Part shown: one piece after another, positions 36,176-45,277 of the stretch
How the letters are laid out: each line of letters opens with the position of its first letter
Position numbering within the stretch: the first letter of the stretch is position 1
From: Acholeplasmatales bacterium
GTDB lineage: Bacteria; Bacillota_I; Bacilli_A; Acholeplasmatales; Anaeroplasmataceae
Direction of reading: 5' to 3'
DNA length: 51,733 nt
NCBI GenBank assembly: GCA_016280975.1
Contig: JAEEHU010000035.1
Location: forward strand, 1 to 51,733
The notes under the pieces: generated by a model
The model's input: only the letters and a program-made list of their open reading frames with translations
The model's database searches: none
What the model was told of the DNA's origin: nothing
Program-made: the position numbers and the translations under genes

Positions 36176-37135
36176 ATGGGTAAAGCTTCAATGTGTATAC
36201 AGATGCTTGAAATATTAAATAATGGTCGAGTAGTCAAAATTTCTGAACTAGCTAATTTATTAGATACAAATCCTAGAAATATAATAGAATATAAAAAAGA
36301 ATTAGAGGAATGTGGTTACTATATTACATCAGTTCCAGGAAGATATGGTGGATTAAAATTAGAACAGCACAATCTAATTCCAGCACTATTTTTTAAAGAA
36401 GAGGAAAAAGAAGCTATAAGAGAATGTTATTCATATTTACTTTCAAAAAATGTTTTTGTAAATAAAGATCATTTTGAAAGAGCTATGGCAAAGGTCATGT
36501 CTACATTTGATAATTCGATGCTAGATATTTCATTAACTACTGTTTTAGAAAAAGATTCTGCCATATATGAACGTGATAAGCTTCAAATGACATATAACAT
36601 TTTAAAAATATGCATTGCTAAGAGTTTAATGGTAGAGGTAGATTATATAAACTCAAAAGGAAATAATGTTAAAAAGACACTTAAGCCTTATGATTTATAT
36701 ATCTATAATGAAAACTGGTTTTTAATAGCTGATTGTGTCGAAACAGGAAGATTTGCACAATTTAAGTTATCTAAAATGGAAACAATTAAGAATCTAAATA
36801 AACACTTTTCAAAGGATCCTTTTTATAAGAAATCTGATTATTTAGATGAGGATGGCTATAAGAAGAATGATGAGTGGTATGATATCAAGCTTGAGGTATC
36901 AGGATATTACTTATCAAGAATCAAAGAAAAGACAATTGGAAAGAATCAGCACATTGAAATGATTGATAAGAATAAGGGAATATTAACAGTTTCAATGCAA
37001 TATAAATTTAACATTATAAACTTTGTTATGGGTTTAGGCTCATTATGTAAGGTTTTAGAACCTGAGTGGTTAGTTGATCAAGTAGTAAAGATTACTTCTG
37101 AGATGCAGAATCTGTACTTAGAAGACGAAGAATAA
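36176..37135 (+). CDS. WYL-domain transcriptional regulator (wHTH-WYL-WCX; PafB/DriD/BrxR-like)
   Basis: ELANLLDTNPRNI..Y...L...G..I....GRYGG wHTH; LKPYDL..NWFLIA..FKLSKM WYL; C-terminal G...KVLEP.WL. Confidence 0.92.
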   Translation: MGKASMCIQMLEILNNGRVVKISELANLLDTNPRNIIEYKKELEECGYYITSVPGRYGGLKLEQHNLIPALFFKEEEKEAIRECYSYLLSKNVFVNKDHFERAMAKVMSTFDNSMLDISLTTVLEKDSAIYERDKLQMTYNILKICIAKSLMVEVDYINSKGNNVKKTLKPYDLYIYNENWFLIADCVETGRFAQFKLSKMETIKNLNKHFSKDPFYKKSDYLDEDGYKKNDEWYDIKLEVSGYYLSRIKEKTIGKNQHIEMIDKNKGILTVSMQYKFNIINFVMGLGSLCKVLEPEWLVDQVVKITSEMQNLYLEDEE

Positions 37136-37174
37136 GAAAAGGAGGGAAGGCATTATAACTAATGCTTTAAAATT

Positions 37175-37897
37175 ATGAATTATATATACAATGACTTTTC
37201 CTCTAATGTGTGTTATGCACTTACTGCGTTATTACTTAAAATACAATGTAGAGACTCTTATAGAGTAGATAGAAGTTTTAGAATTGCAGATAAGATTATT
37301 CCGTTTAGATTTAGAGAAATTGACTATGAACTTAATAACAAAATTTTGGATAGTGAGCTTGAAACAGAAATAAAGAGTGTACTTGAAAAAGTAAACTCTA
37401 CTAAAACAGTGCTTAAAAAGTGCATAAAGCAAAGCATGCTAAATATTATAAAAATCAATAGTAGAATTAATATAACTACAAGTTTAAATGATTTGATTGA
37501 TGGTGTTATTGAAAAGCTTATGGAAATTTTGGATTTTGAAAGACAAAAATCTATTGCTTTTAGAAAAGTAAATGTCGATATGTCCAAATTGCCTAGAGTT
37601 GAAATTGATAGTTCTGTTTATCATTTAGATAATATAATTAATTCAAGTGTTGTTGATAACTTAAATACTTATTACCAATATACAGTTCAGCTTCTTACAA
37701 AAGAGCAGAGTGATGAAGCAAAAATTGTTCCAATAATAGCTCAAATGACAGGTAATTACGAAAATGCGTTTTCGAAGCATCAACCAGATGAACTATTTTT
37801 ATCATCACAAGCTATATCTCATTATTTGGATATATCAATAGACTTAGATAATGTGAGTCTATATGCTGAAAACGAAATTGGAAAGATGTTAGGGTGA
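37175..37897 (+). CDS. Hypothetical protein
   Basis: 240-aa ORF, closely spaced with its neighbours; no recognised motif. Confidence 0.7.
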   Translation: MNYIYNDFSSNVCYALTALLLKIQCRDSYRVDRSFRIADKIIPFRFREIDYELNNKILDSELETEIKSVLEKVNSTKTVLKKCIKQSMLNIIKINSRINITTSLNDLIDGVIEKLMEILDFERQKSIAFRKVNVDMSKLPRVEIDSSVYHLDNIINSSVVDNLNTYYQYTVQLLTKEQSDEAKIVPIIAQMTGNYENAFSKHQPDELFLSSQAISHYLDISIDLDNVSLYAENEIGKMLG

Positions 37898-37902
37898 TAT
37901 AA

Positions 37903-38799
37903 ATGAAAATAGATTTAAGTAGAGTTTATAGCAAAATCGATGACATAATAGCATCCTATACAACTAATAATTTTAGATTTAAAAATAGCGGAAAAGAGAT
38001 TGAAAAAGAATACGCCAAAGAGATTAAAGAATGCTTTAATAATAAAGTAAATGCCATTAAAGACATTTATAAACAAATAAAAAAAGATATTCATTCTTTT
38101 GAAGATTGTTTAAGTGAAATGATGAACTTAGTTTTTATAAAAGCAGATATTTCATCTCAAATCGATTATTACGATTCTTCAATTAATTCAATAAGTGATA
38201 AGATAGCAGATATTGATCTAGAAATAGAGAAAAACAACAATAGAATGGAAGAATTAAAAAAAGAATTAAATGATAGCTTGAAAGGTAATTTTTGTAATAA
38301 AAATTTAGAACTAGTTAATTTACTAAATGATAAAAAATATAAATGTTACTACGATAGTATAGAACTATGTGAAGAATATGATCAAATCTTGGAAGTTAAT
38401 TATATAAAGGATGAATTCAACGATAAAATTTTAAGAGATCCTAAGGCGATTGAAAAAGTTGATCAGATTCTATTAGAGATAGGAAGAATAAAAAGAAGAA
38501 ATAATAAAGTATATTATTATAAGTCAGCTTATTATAGATTAAAGAAAAAGAATATCGATGAAGTTAAGAATCTGAAAGAGGAAAGAAGAAGCTTAAGAGA
38601 CAAAATCAATGGTCCTAAAGATCTGTTAATAAATTCTCTTTATGATTCTTATTTAGAAAAAACTATCGATATAATATATAAATCAATTCTTATATCATCT
38701 AAAAACGATTATGAAGAGTGTGCAAAATTAGGCGACAAAAAACGCGTAATTAAAAGCTGGATATATTATTTAATTAATGAAGGTGTAAGCAATGAATAA
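37903..38799 (+). CDS. Coiled-coil hypothetical protein
   Basis: Heptad-rich segments (ISDKIADIDLEIEKNNNRMEELKKEL; VKNLKEERRSLRDKI) flank a central domain. Confidence 0.7.
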   Translation: MKIDLSRVYSKIDDIIASYTTNNFRFKNSGKEIEKEYAKEIKECFNNKVNAIKDIYKQIKKDIHSFEDCLSEMMNLVFIKADISSQIDYYDSSINSISDKIADIDLEIEKNNNRMEELKKELNDSLKGNFCNKNLELVNLLNDKKYKCYYDSIELCEEYDQILEVNYIKDEFNDKILRDPKAIEKVDQILLEIGRIKRRNNKVYYYKSAYYRLKKKNIDEVKNLKEERRSLRDKINGPKDLLINSLYDSYLEKTIDIIYKSILISSKNDYEECAKLGDKKRVIKSWIYYLINEGVSNE

Positions 38800-39133
38800 G
38801 AAATATTTTAATGAATCGTTTTTATTTTTAACAATGCTTGAAAGTGGTATGAATTCTTTTTATTCAATTAATAGAAAAATGTTTTTTATTAGCTCTGATG
38901 GAATATCTAATTTGCTTTTTAGATTACAAAATTCTAGTGTTATAAGTATCTGTAGAGAGGGTGTTTTCTTATCTAAAAATATGCACACTGCAATTCAATT
39001 TATTGATTCGTTTGATGAAGATGTTTCTGAGCTTAAGAGATTTGAAATAAAAGAATTACTAGCTAAAAGAATGGAAAGCATATACCAAAAATCATTTGAT
39101 AACGAACTGGAGTGTTTGATTAATTATGTATAA
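38792..39133 (+). CDS. Small hypothetical protein
   Basis: 113 aa; overlaps both neighbours by 8 nt (translational coupling). Confidence 0.65.
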   Translation: MNKKYFNESFLFLTMLESGMNSFYSINRKMFFISSDGISNLLFRLQNSSVISICREGVFLSKNMHTAIQFIDSFDEDVSELKRFEIKELLAKRMESIYQKSFDNELECLINYV

Positions 39134-40775
39134 CCAAAATGTAAATAAATCCTCTAAAGATTTGTTTGTCGAAGAATTAAATAATTATATTGGTTTCTAT
39201 AAAAAAATTATTAATGAAGAGAATGAAGCATATTTCTCAACACATGACTTTCAAGATGAATATAAAGTTAATTCATGTGATTTGAATATAGCTACAAATT
39301 TATTAAATGCATTACTTCATATTAAGCTTGGACTTGTAGCAAATCCAGATCTTATTAAGGATTTTATTTACCCTAGTGAAGCTAAAGGATGTAGAAAAGT
39401 AGATGTTGATTTCTTTTCAGATAAAATTAAGGGAGATAAGACTCAAGCATTAGCTGTGTCTATGGCCTGTGGAATGAATAATCTTTTATTAATTCAAGGC
39501 CCTCCTGGAGCAGGTAAAACTACAACCATTTTAGAAATAATTGCTCAGCTAAAAAAGAGAGATAGAAAAACAAAATTATTAATAACATCTGGTACTCATG
39601 TGGCTGTTGATAACGTAATTGAAAGAATTATTCGTTCATTGACAAAAAAAGATGAGTATTCAGAATTGAAACTATATGAGGATGTTTTAAGAGTACGTCA
39701 AAAAAATACTGATGATACTGAACAGATAATTAATAGTTTTAATGAAGAAAGCTTATTTTATTATATTTTGAATAAGCAGGATGATAAGATACAAGACTTA
39801 ATAAAAAGATACGATATTGAAAAAGAAGAGGATAGTAATGAATACGGTAATTCAGTTTTATCAAGATATCGTTCAAACGTAATATTAAAAAGAGGCATCA
39901 TTGGAGTTACAATAAATGCTTTAAATTCATGTAGATTTGATGATGCTCAATTTGATTATGTTATTGTTGATGAGGTTGGAAAATCAAACTTTGCTGAAAT
40001 AATGTTTGCTGCAAGATTTGCTAAAAAAATGATTTTAATTGGAGATCCTAAGCAATTACCTTCTGATGTACAATATGAGTTTTCTGATATGGAAGCAACA
40101 GATTCTTATTACAAGAAGCTTAATGAAATTCCTTATATAAACTATTTATTCGAAAACGTAAATAGAGAATGCTTTTTGTTTTTAAATAAGCAATATAGAA
40201 TGGTTAAGGAAATTGGTTCATATATTTCTGACACATTCTATAACGAGCCTATAAAGCTAGAAAATGGTAGACAAGAATCATATGGGAATGGTTTAAACTA
40301 TGTTGATTATGACTTTAGAAGTTGTAAGGTTGCATGCCCTCCACTTGGAAATGATGCTGAAATAGAAATTATTAAGTCACTATTAAATGGCAAATTACAA
40401 AAGGCTAATAAAAAGAAAATAGCTATTATTACTCCATACAAGGAGCAAATGAGAAGACTTAGAACTGCCTTTGATGGAGTTATTCCAAAGTACAATATTA
40501 ATACGGTTGATGCATTTCAAGGCCAAGAAAATGATATCGTAATCTTTTCTTGTGTTAGAAATGTAGGTAACCCAACTGTGTTTTTTGAAAAGATTAACAG
40601 AATAAATGTAGCTATTTCTAGAGCAAAAAATCAAATATGGGTGGTAGGCGCATCATCATATTTGAAAAATGTTCCATGCTTAAATGCATATATTAATTAT
40701 GCTTCAAAAAAAGAAAGCAATCTGAGATGTAATAAATATAGATATGATAAAAATAATATAGTGAAGGTTGTGTAA
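39126..40775 (+). CDS. SF1 helicase, Upf1/DNA2/NAM7-like (AAA_11/AAA_12)
   Basis: QGPPGAGKTT, THVAVDN, IVDEVGK, IGDPKQL, QYRM, ITPYKEQ, TVDAFQGQE, RINVAISRAK. Confidence 0.93.
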   Translation: MYNQNVNKSSKDLFVEELNNYIGFYKKIINEENEAYFSTHDFQDEYKVNSCDLNIATNLLNALLHIKLGLVANPDLIKDFIYPSEAKGCRKVDVDFFSDKIKGDKTQALAVSMACGMNNLLLIQGPPGAGKTTTILEIIAQLKKRDRKTKLLITSGTHVAVDNVIERIIRSLTKKDEYSELKLYEDVLRVRQKNTDDTEQIINSFNEESLFYYILNKQDDKIQDLIKRYDIEKEEDSNEYGNSVLSRYRSNVILKRGIIGVTINALNSCRFDDAQFDYVIVDEVGKSNFAEIMFAARFAKKMILIGDPKQLPSDVQYEFSDMEATDSYYKKLNEIPYINYLFENVNRECFLFLNKQYRMVKEIGSYISDTFYNEPIKLENGRQESYGNGLNYVDYDFRSCKVACPPLGNDAEIEIIKSLLNGKLQKANKKKIAIITPYKEQMRRLRTAFDGVIPKYNINTVDAFQGQENDIVIFSCVRNVGNPTVFFEKINRINVAISRAKNQIWVVGASSYLKNVPCLNAYINYASKKESNLRCNKYRYDKNNIVKVV

Positions 40776-40778
40776 TCT

Positions 40779-41828
40779 ATGGTAACTGGAAATATTGTAT
40801 TAAAAAAGGGCGCAAATCAAATATTAACAAAATATCTAAAAATGAATGAAATAAAAGGTGACATTGAAAACTGGGCTCACAACATTAAGAGGGATTTTTA
40901 TGGACAAGCCGCAAGAAACATGCAGGCTTTAATCCAAAAGTTTGCCAGAACTATTAATAGTGTTATTCAATCCCCAACAACAAGACAAAAGCTAAACTAC
41001 CTTTCTAGCGATATGATATACTTGGTGTGTGAAATATTAGGTGATAAAGACCTATCAAGATTTTCTATTTTATATGATGAGAATGATAGAAACGGAAAAG
41101 CAACACTAAACGGCGCAGCCAATATATCAAAGCACAGCCTGGAAGAAAGTAGATTTTGTGCAAAGCAATGTGCAAAGGCCTATAATAAGATGGTTGAGAG
41201 AATCCAAAATAAATTGAATTTAAAAAATATAGGTAAATTCCAAGTCGATGAAAAGAATCTTAAGGATCTAACTGCTCCTACAACAAATTATAATTATTTG
41301 AAGCCTATTCCAGGTGAGCCAGATTATGATGAAAAGAAGAAAAGACAAGATGAGCTATTTGCAATGTTCAAAAGAACATTACTTGTCCCTGATGATTATT
41401 ATGTGCAAATGAAAGCAATTAAATATCAAAGAGATGCTATTTTAAAGGAAGAATTAGATAGCAAGTGGAATGAAATTAGAAAGGACCATATGGATCATAG
41501 CTCCGAAATGGAATATATTATGAATTCAATTGGAGATCACACCTATAAAATCAACTATTTGATTAATAGTTTACTTCATGATCATATTAATTCTAAAAAA
41601 GCTTTATCACTAGCTAAAAAGTTTTTAAAAGAAGAAATCAATCGAAATGATAAGATTATAAGTTATACACGATGGCTTGTAGATGCGGTTAAAAAGAATG
41701 AAACGCGATTAATAAGCTCAACCGGCGTTGTTCACACAAATACTACTAATTTAGAAAAATATGTTGTTTATAAATTGTCACAGAATGAAAAATTAAATGA
41801 CAAGTTATTTTCATTAAATAATATATAA
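40779..41828 (+). CDS. Hypothetical protein (helical; possible HEPN-like N-terminus)
   Basis: 349-aa ORF 3 nt after the helicase; NGAANISKH weakly recalls a HEPN-type Nx3H/Rx4-6H signature. Confidence 0.65.
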   Translation: MVTGNIVLKKGANQILTKYLKMNEIKGDIENWAHNIKRDFYGQAARNMQALIQKFARTINSVIQSPTTRQKLNYLSSDMIYLVCEILGDKDLSRFSILYDENDRNGKATLNGAANISKHSLEESRFCAKQCAKAYNKMVERIQNKLNLKNIGKFQVDEKNLKDLTAPTTNYNYLKPIPGEPDYDEKKKRQDELFAMFKRTLLVPDDYYVQMKAIKYQRDAILKEELDSKWNEIRKDHMDHSSEMEYIMNSIGDHTYKINYLINSLLHDHINSKKALSLAKKFLKEEINRNDKIISYTRWLVDAVKKNETRLISSTGVVHTNTTNLEKYVVYKLSQNEKLNDKLFSLNNI

Positions 41829-41831
41829 AGT

Positions 41832-41858
41832 AAAAGAGTGCGTGTGCACTCTTTTTTT
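41832..41858. terminator. Bidirectional terminator at the right edge of the island
   Basis: AAAAGAGTGC-gtgt-GCACTCTTTT between convergent genes. Confidence 0.85.
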
Positions 41859-42561
41859 ATGCTTCATATTTTCTTAAAGAAAGTGATACGTTTAAATTAC
41901 CATTTCTTTCTCTAATTCTATCTATGAATTCTTTTTGATTTATGTCTTTTAAATTAATAATATAATTTAATTCAAATACTGTACCGAAATCAGCTGTTTT
42001 AACACTTTTTAGATTCCATCTATTAGTGTATTCGTTTAATAAATCATCGAATAGGTTATCATAATTTAGTGATTCAGGAACAATTACCTTTAAAGACATT
42101 TCTTTATTTGATGGTTCATCAAGCTTTAGCTTTGTCATTAATATAATTGTTCCTGATGCTAATACTAATACTATAAATGAATAGAATAGATAGCCAAAGC
42201 CTGATAAGAATCCTAATGCGATAGCAAATGTTATAAATAGTAGATCTGTCATATCCTTTTGAACTGAACGGAAGCGTGTCATCGCAAGTATTCCTGCAAA
42301 CGAAAAGCCTAGTGTAGTTCTTAATGCACTTGATTCAATACCAATAATTCTTGATATTAATACAATAGCTGTAACAAGTATTGGCATTACTAATATTGAT
42401 ATTGGCATATCAGCTGAAATGCCTTTATTTTTTCTATAATATCTATATAAAAGGATTAGTAAAAAGCCGTATACAATAGATACTCCCATACATATCAAAA
42501 CCTTATACCAATCTGTCTCAAAGCTAAATGATTCAGTTATAATTGTGTCGAAAATAAACAT
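41857..42561 (-). CDS. DUF4956-family membrane protein
   Basis: GFSFAGILAMTRFRS, LKVIVPESLNY, LKSVKTADFGTVFELNY, EFIDRIRERNGNL. Confidence 0.8.
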   Translation of the reverse strand: MFIFDTIITESFSFETDWYKVLICMGVSIVYGFLLILLYRYYRKNKGISADMPISILVMPILVTAIVLISRIIGIESSALRTTLGFSFAGILAMTRFRSVQKDMTDLLFITFAIALGFLSGFGYLFYSFIVLVLASGTIILMTKLKLDEPSNKEMSLKVIVPESLNYDNLFDDLLNEYTNRWNLKSVKTADFGTVFELNYIINLKDINQKEFIDRIRERNGNLNVSLSLRKYEA

Positions 42562-42690
42562 ATAATTTCACTCCTTACCTTACACTTTAATTTTAAATAT
42601 TTGTTTTATTAATAAAATGTTAAGATTTTGTGAAAATTTGTATCTCTAAAGTTATATTATGGTATAATGAATTCGCATGAGGTAACTTAT

Positions 42691-43407
42691 ATGATTAAGA
42701 TTTATGGAAAGAATTGTGTTTACGAAGCATTAGTTAGTAAGGCTAAAATTGATACAATTTATCTTACTGATAATGTGGTAAAAAAGGATAAAGACATATT
42801 AAAGCTTATTAAGGAGAATAATTATAGATATGAGGTAGTATCTAAGGAGAAGATGAATAATGATTTTTCATCTCAGGCTCAAGGATATGGGGCCATAAGA
42901 TATGATTATGATACCTATGATTTAGCATACCTTAATAATTTAACTACTAATAAGGGTAGAGTTTTAATATTAGATGGCATTCAAGATCCACATAACTTTG
43001 GGGCAATCTTACGTAGTGTTGATGCCTTTGGATTTGATTTAGTAATTCTTCCTAATAATAGATCAGTTAAAATAACAGGTGTTGTTGCCCATGTATCAAC
43101 AGGTGCTATAGAGCATACTAAAATTATGTATGTTGATAGCTTACTTCAAGCAATTAATATCCTTAAAAAAAGAGGATATTGGATACTTGGCACAGACGCA
43201 TCAGGTGATACATTAACATCAAATATTGACAAATCCTTATCACTTGCAGTTATTATTGGCTCTGAAGGATTTGGTATGTCAAAGACATTAGTAAATGCCT
43301 CTGATTATCTAATTAAAATACCAATGGTAGGACACGTTAATAGCTTAAACGCATCAGTATCCGCAGGAATAGTATTACATGATCTTATAAAAGATTTTAG
43401 TGAATAG
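42691..43407 (+). CDS. rlmB: 23S rRNA (Gm2251) 2'-O-methyltransferase
   Basis: IYGKN, ILDGIQDPHNFGAILRS, IGSEGFG, IPMVGHVNSLNASVSAGI. Confidence 0.93.
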   Translation: MIKIYGKNCVYEALVSKAKIDTIYLTDNVVKKDKDILKLIKENNYRYEVVSKEKMNNDFSSQAQGYGAIRYDYDTYDLAYLNNLTTNKGRVLILDGIQDPHNFGAILRSVDAFGFDLVILPNNRSVKITGVVAHVSTGAIEHTKIMYVDSLLQAINILKKRGYWILGTDASGDTLTSNIDKSLSLAVIIGSEGFGMSKTLVNASDYLIKIPMVGHVNSLNASVSAGIVLHDLIKDFSE

Positions 43408-43921
43408 TATTTATGATTCAATAGATTTATTTATAAAGACAAAAGAAGATATCTATTTTAATGAAATAGTAAATTATTATAAAGGTTTAATTATATATAA
43501 AATAAAAAGTAGAATGGTTCCTAAAAATAAGGAAGATGACTTATACCAGGAGGCTTTACTTGTTTTATGGAAATCATTATTAACATTTAATGATGATACT
43601 CATAAATTCTTAAGCTATTATAATTTATGCTTATCAAGAAAGCTTAATAGATTAATCATTAATTCAAGCTATTATAAAAAGGTAATAATATTTGATCCAT
43701 CTAAAATAGAAGATGATAATCATATATCAGTTGTTACTAAATATATAGATAAAATGTTTAATGATGATAAGATATCAAAGAATATATTTAGAGAATGCAT
43801 TATTGGAAATACTAAAATAATAACATTTTCTGAAATATATAATATTGAATATCGTAAGGTATATTATAAATATAAGAATCTACTAAGGGAGCTTTCCGCT
43901 ATCAAAGATTTTCTTGACTAA
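43400..43921 (+). CDS. SigH-like alternative sigma-70 factor
   Basis: Region 2 EDDLYQEALLVLWKSLLTFN....FLSY; position between rlmB and rpmG as for sigH in Bacillota. Confidence 0.75.
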   Translation: MNSIYDSIDLFIKTKEDIYFNEIVNYYKGLIIYKIKSRMVPKNKEDDLYQEALLVLWKSLLTFNDDTHKFLSYYNLCLSRKLNRLIINSSYYKKVIIFDPSKIEDDNHISVVTKYIDKMFNDDKISKNIFRECIIGNTKIITFSEIYNIEYRKVYYKYKNLLRELSAIKDFLD

Positions 43922-43994
43922 TATCATATTATGATATAGAATTAAGAAGAACCGAATAAAAGGTTTTTTCTTTTTGACTAAAAAAGGTGATAAT

Positions 43995-44144
43995 ATGAGA
44001 GTAAAGGTTATACTAGTTTGTGAAGAATGCTTATCAAGAAACTACACAACTACAAAAAATCCGACAAAAGCAACTGAAAGAATAGAATTAAAAAAATTCT
44101 GTCCAACTTGCAACAAATATACAATACATAAAGAAACTAAGTAG
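43995..44144 (+). CDS. rpmG: 50S ribosomal protein L33 (Zn-binding form)
   Basis: [49 protein letters not shown]; missing from the ORF track. Confidence 0.96.
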   Translation: MRVKVILVCEECLSRNYTTTKNPTKATERIELKKFCPTCNKYTIHKETK

Positions 44145-44152
44145 GTGTAAAA

Positions 44153-44659
44153 ATGACTGACGAAAAAGAAGTATTAGAAGAAGAGACAACTGAAGAAGTA
44201 TCTGAATCAAAGAAATCAGAAGTTGAAGAAAAGGTTAAAAAGCAAATCGAAGCTAAAGAAGCAAAGCGCGAGAAGCTTGGTATCTATAGAATTTCTGAGT
44301 ACTTAAAGGAAGAGCATAAATGGGAAAACTGGTTATTCCTAGCAGTAAGTATCATTACATTATTATTAGGATGCCTAATCTTAAATGGTGCACTTGCAAT
44401 TAGAAGTGACTTCCCAGTATTAGGACAATATTCAAGCCTATTTGGTTGGATATTAGTTGTAGTATCTGCACTTGGCTTATTATATGCACTTTATCCATTC
44501 TTTAAGCCTGCATTCCCTGAATTCAAGAAGATTACATGGTTAAAGGTTCCAGAATTTATTGGAAATGTAATTCGTGTATTTGTATTCATGCTTGTATTTA
44601 TCGCATTATTCATTTTATATGATTATTTCATGACTAGCGTATTAAAGCTAATATTCTAG
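44153..44659 (+). CDS. secE: Preprotein translocase SecE (three-TM form)
   Basis: EFKKITW motif before the last TM helix; position between rpmG and nusG. Confidence 0.85.
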   Translation: MTDEKEVLEEETTEEVSESKKSEVEEKVKKQIEAKEAKREKLGIYRISEYLKEEHKWENWLFLAVSIITLLLGCLILNGALAIRSDFPVLGQYSSLFGWILVVVSALGLLYALYPFFKPAFPEFKKITWLKVPEFIGNVIRVFVFMLVFIALFILYDYFMTSVLKLIF

Positions 44660-44669
44660 GAGGTACGTT

Positions 44670-45212
44670 ATGAAAAGATGGTATATTGTTAACACTTATT
44701 CAGGATATGAAAATTCAGTAAAGACTGACCTTGAAAGAAGAAGAGAATCAATGAACATGCAAGACTATGTTTTGCAAGTATTAGTTCCAGAAGAGACAGT
44801 TGAGGTTACTGATAAGAAGGGCAAGAAAAAGCAAAAGGTTAATAAATTATTCCCAGGTTATGTATTCGTTGAAATGAACGTTGAGGGTGAAATGGATGAC
44901 CATGCTTGGTTCATGATCCGTAATACACCAAAGGTTACAGGTTTCTTAGGCTCATCTGGTGGTGGTACTAAACCAGTTCCAGTTCCAACTGATGAAATGG
45001 ATAGAATCCTTTCTAAGCTTGGTATGGTTGTTAAACCAAAGGCAGAATTCTCTGTTGGTGATAAGATTGTAGTTACATCAGGACCATTCAAGGATTATAC
45101 ATTTGATGTTGCTGAAATCGATGAGGCTAAGTCAATCGTTGTAGTATTTGCAGATTTACTTGGTTCAGCAGTTAGAACTGAATTATCTTTTGATGAAGTA
45201 AAGAAAATATAG
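44670..45212 (+). CDS. nusG: Transcription termination/antitermination factor NusG
   Basis: WYIVNTYSGYE, FPGYVFVEM, IRNTPKVTGFLG, KOW motif VTSGPF. Confidence 0.97.
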   Translation: MKRWYIVNTYSGYENSVKTDLERRRESMNMQDYVLQVLVPEETVEVTDKKGKKKQKVNKLFPGYVFVEMNVEGEMDDHAWFMIRNTPKVTGFLGSSGGGTKPVPVPTDEMDRILSKLGMVVKPKAEFSVGDKIVVTSGPFKDYTFDVAEIDEAKSIVVVFADLLGSAVRTELSFDEVKKI

Positions 45213-45217
45213 TAATT

Positions 45218-45242
45218 AGACCACTATCAAGTGGTCTTTTTA
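45218..45242 (+). terminator. Terminator after nusG
   Basis: AGACCACT-atca-AGTGGTCT-TTTT. Confidence 0.85.
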
Positions 45243-45277
45243 ATTTAATATTGTATAATAGAAATGGTGATAATTTT

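Larger units (their letters stand above)
30091..41830 (+). other. Putative defence/stress-response island (13 co-oriented genes)
   Basis: Bounded by terminators; HNH, Ntn protease, kinase/vWA/vWA/PP2C, WYL, SF1 helicase and orphan ORFs. No integrase or att repeat seen. Confidence 0.7.

Noticed and set aside
30091-41830. Prophage or ICE interpretation of the island
   Set aside because: No integrase, relaxase, structural or replication genes, and no flanking direct repeats were found.
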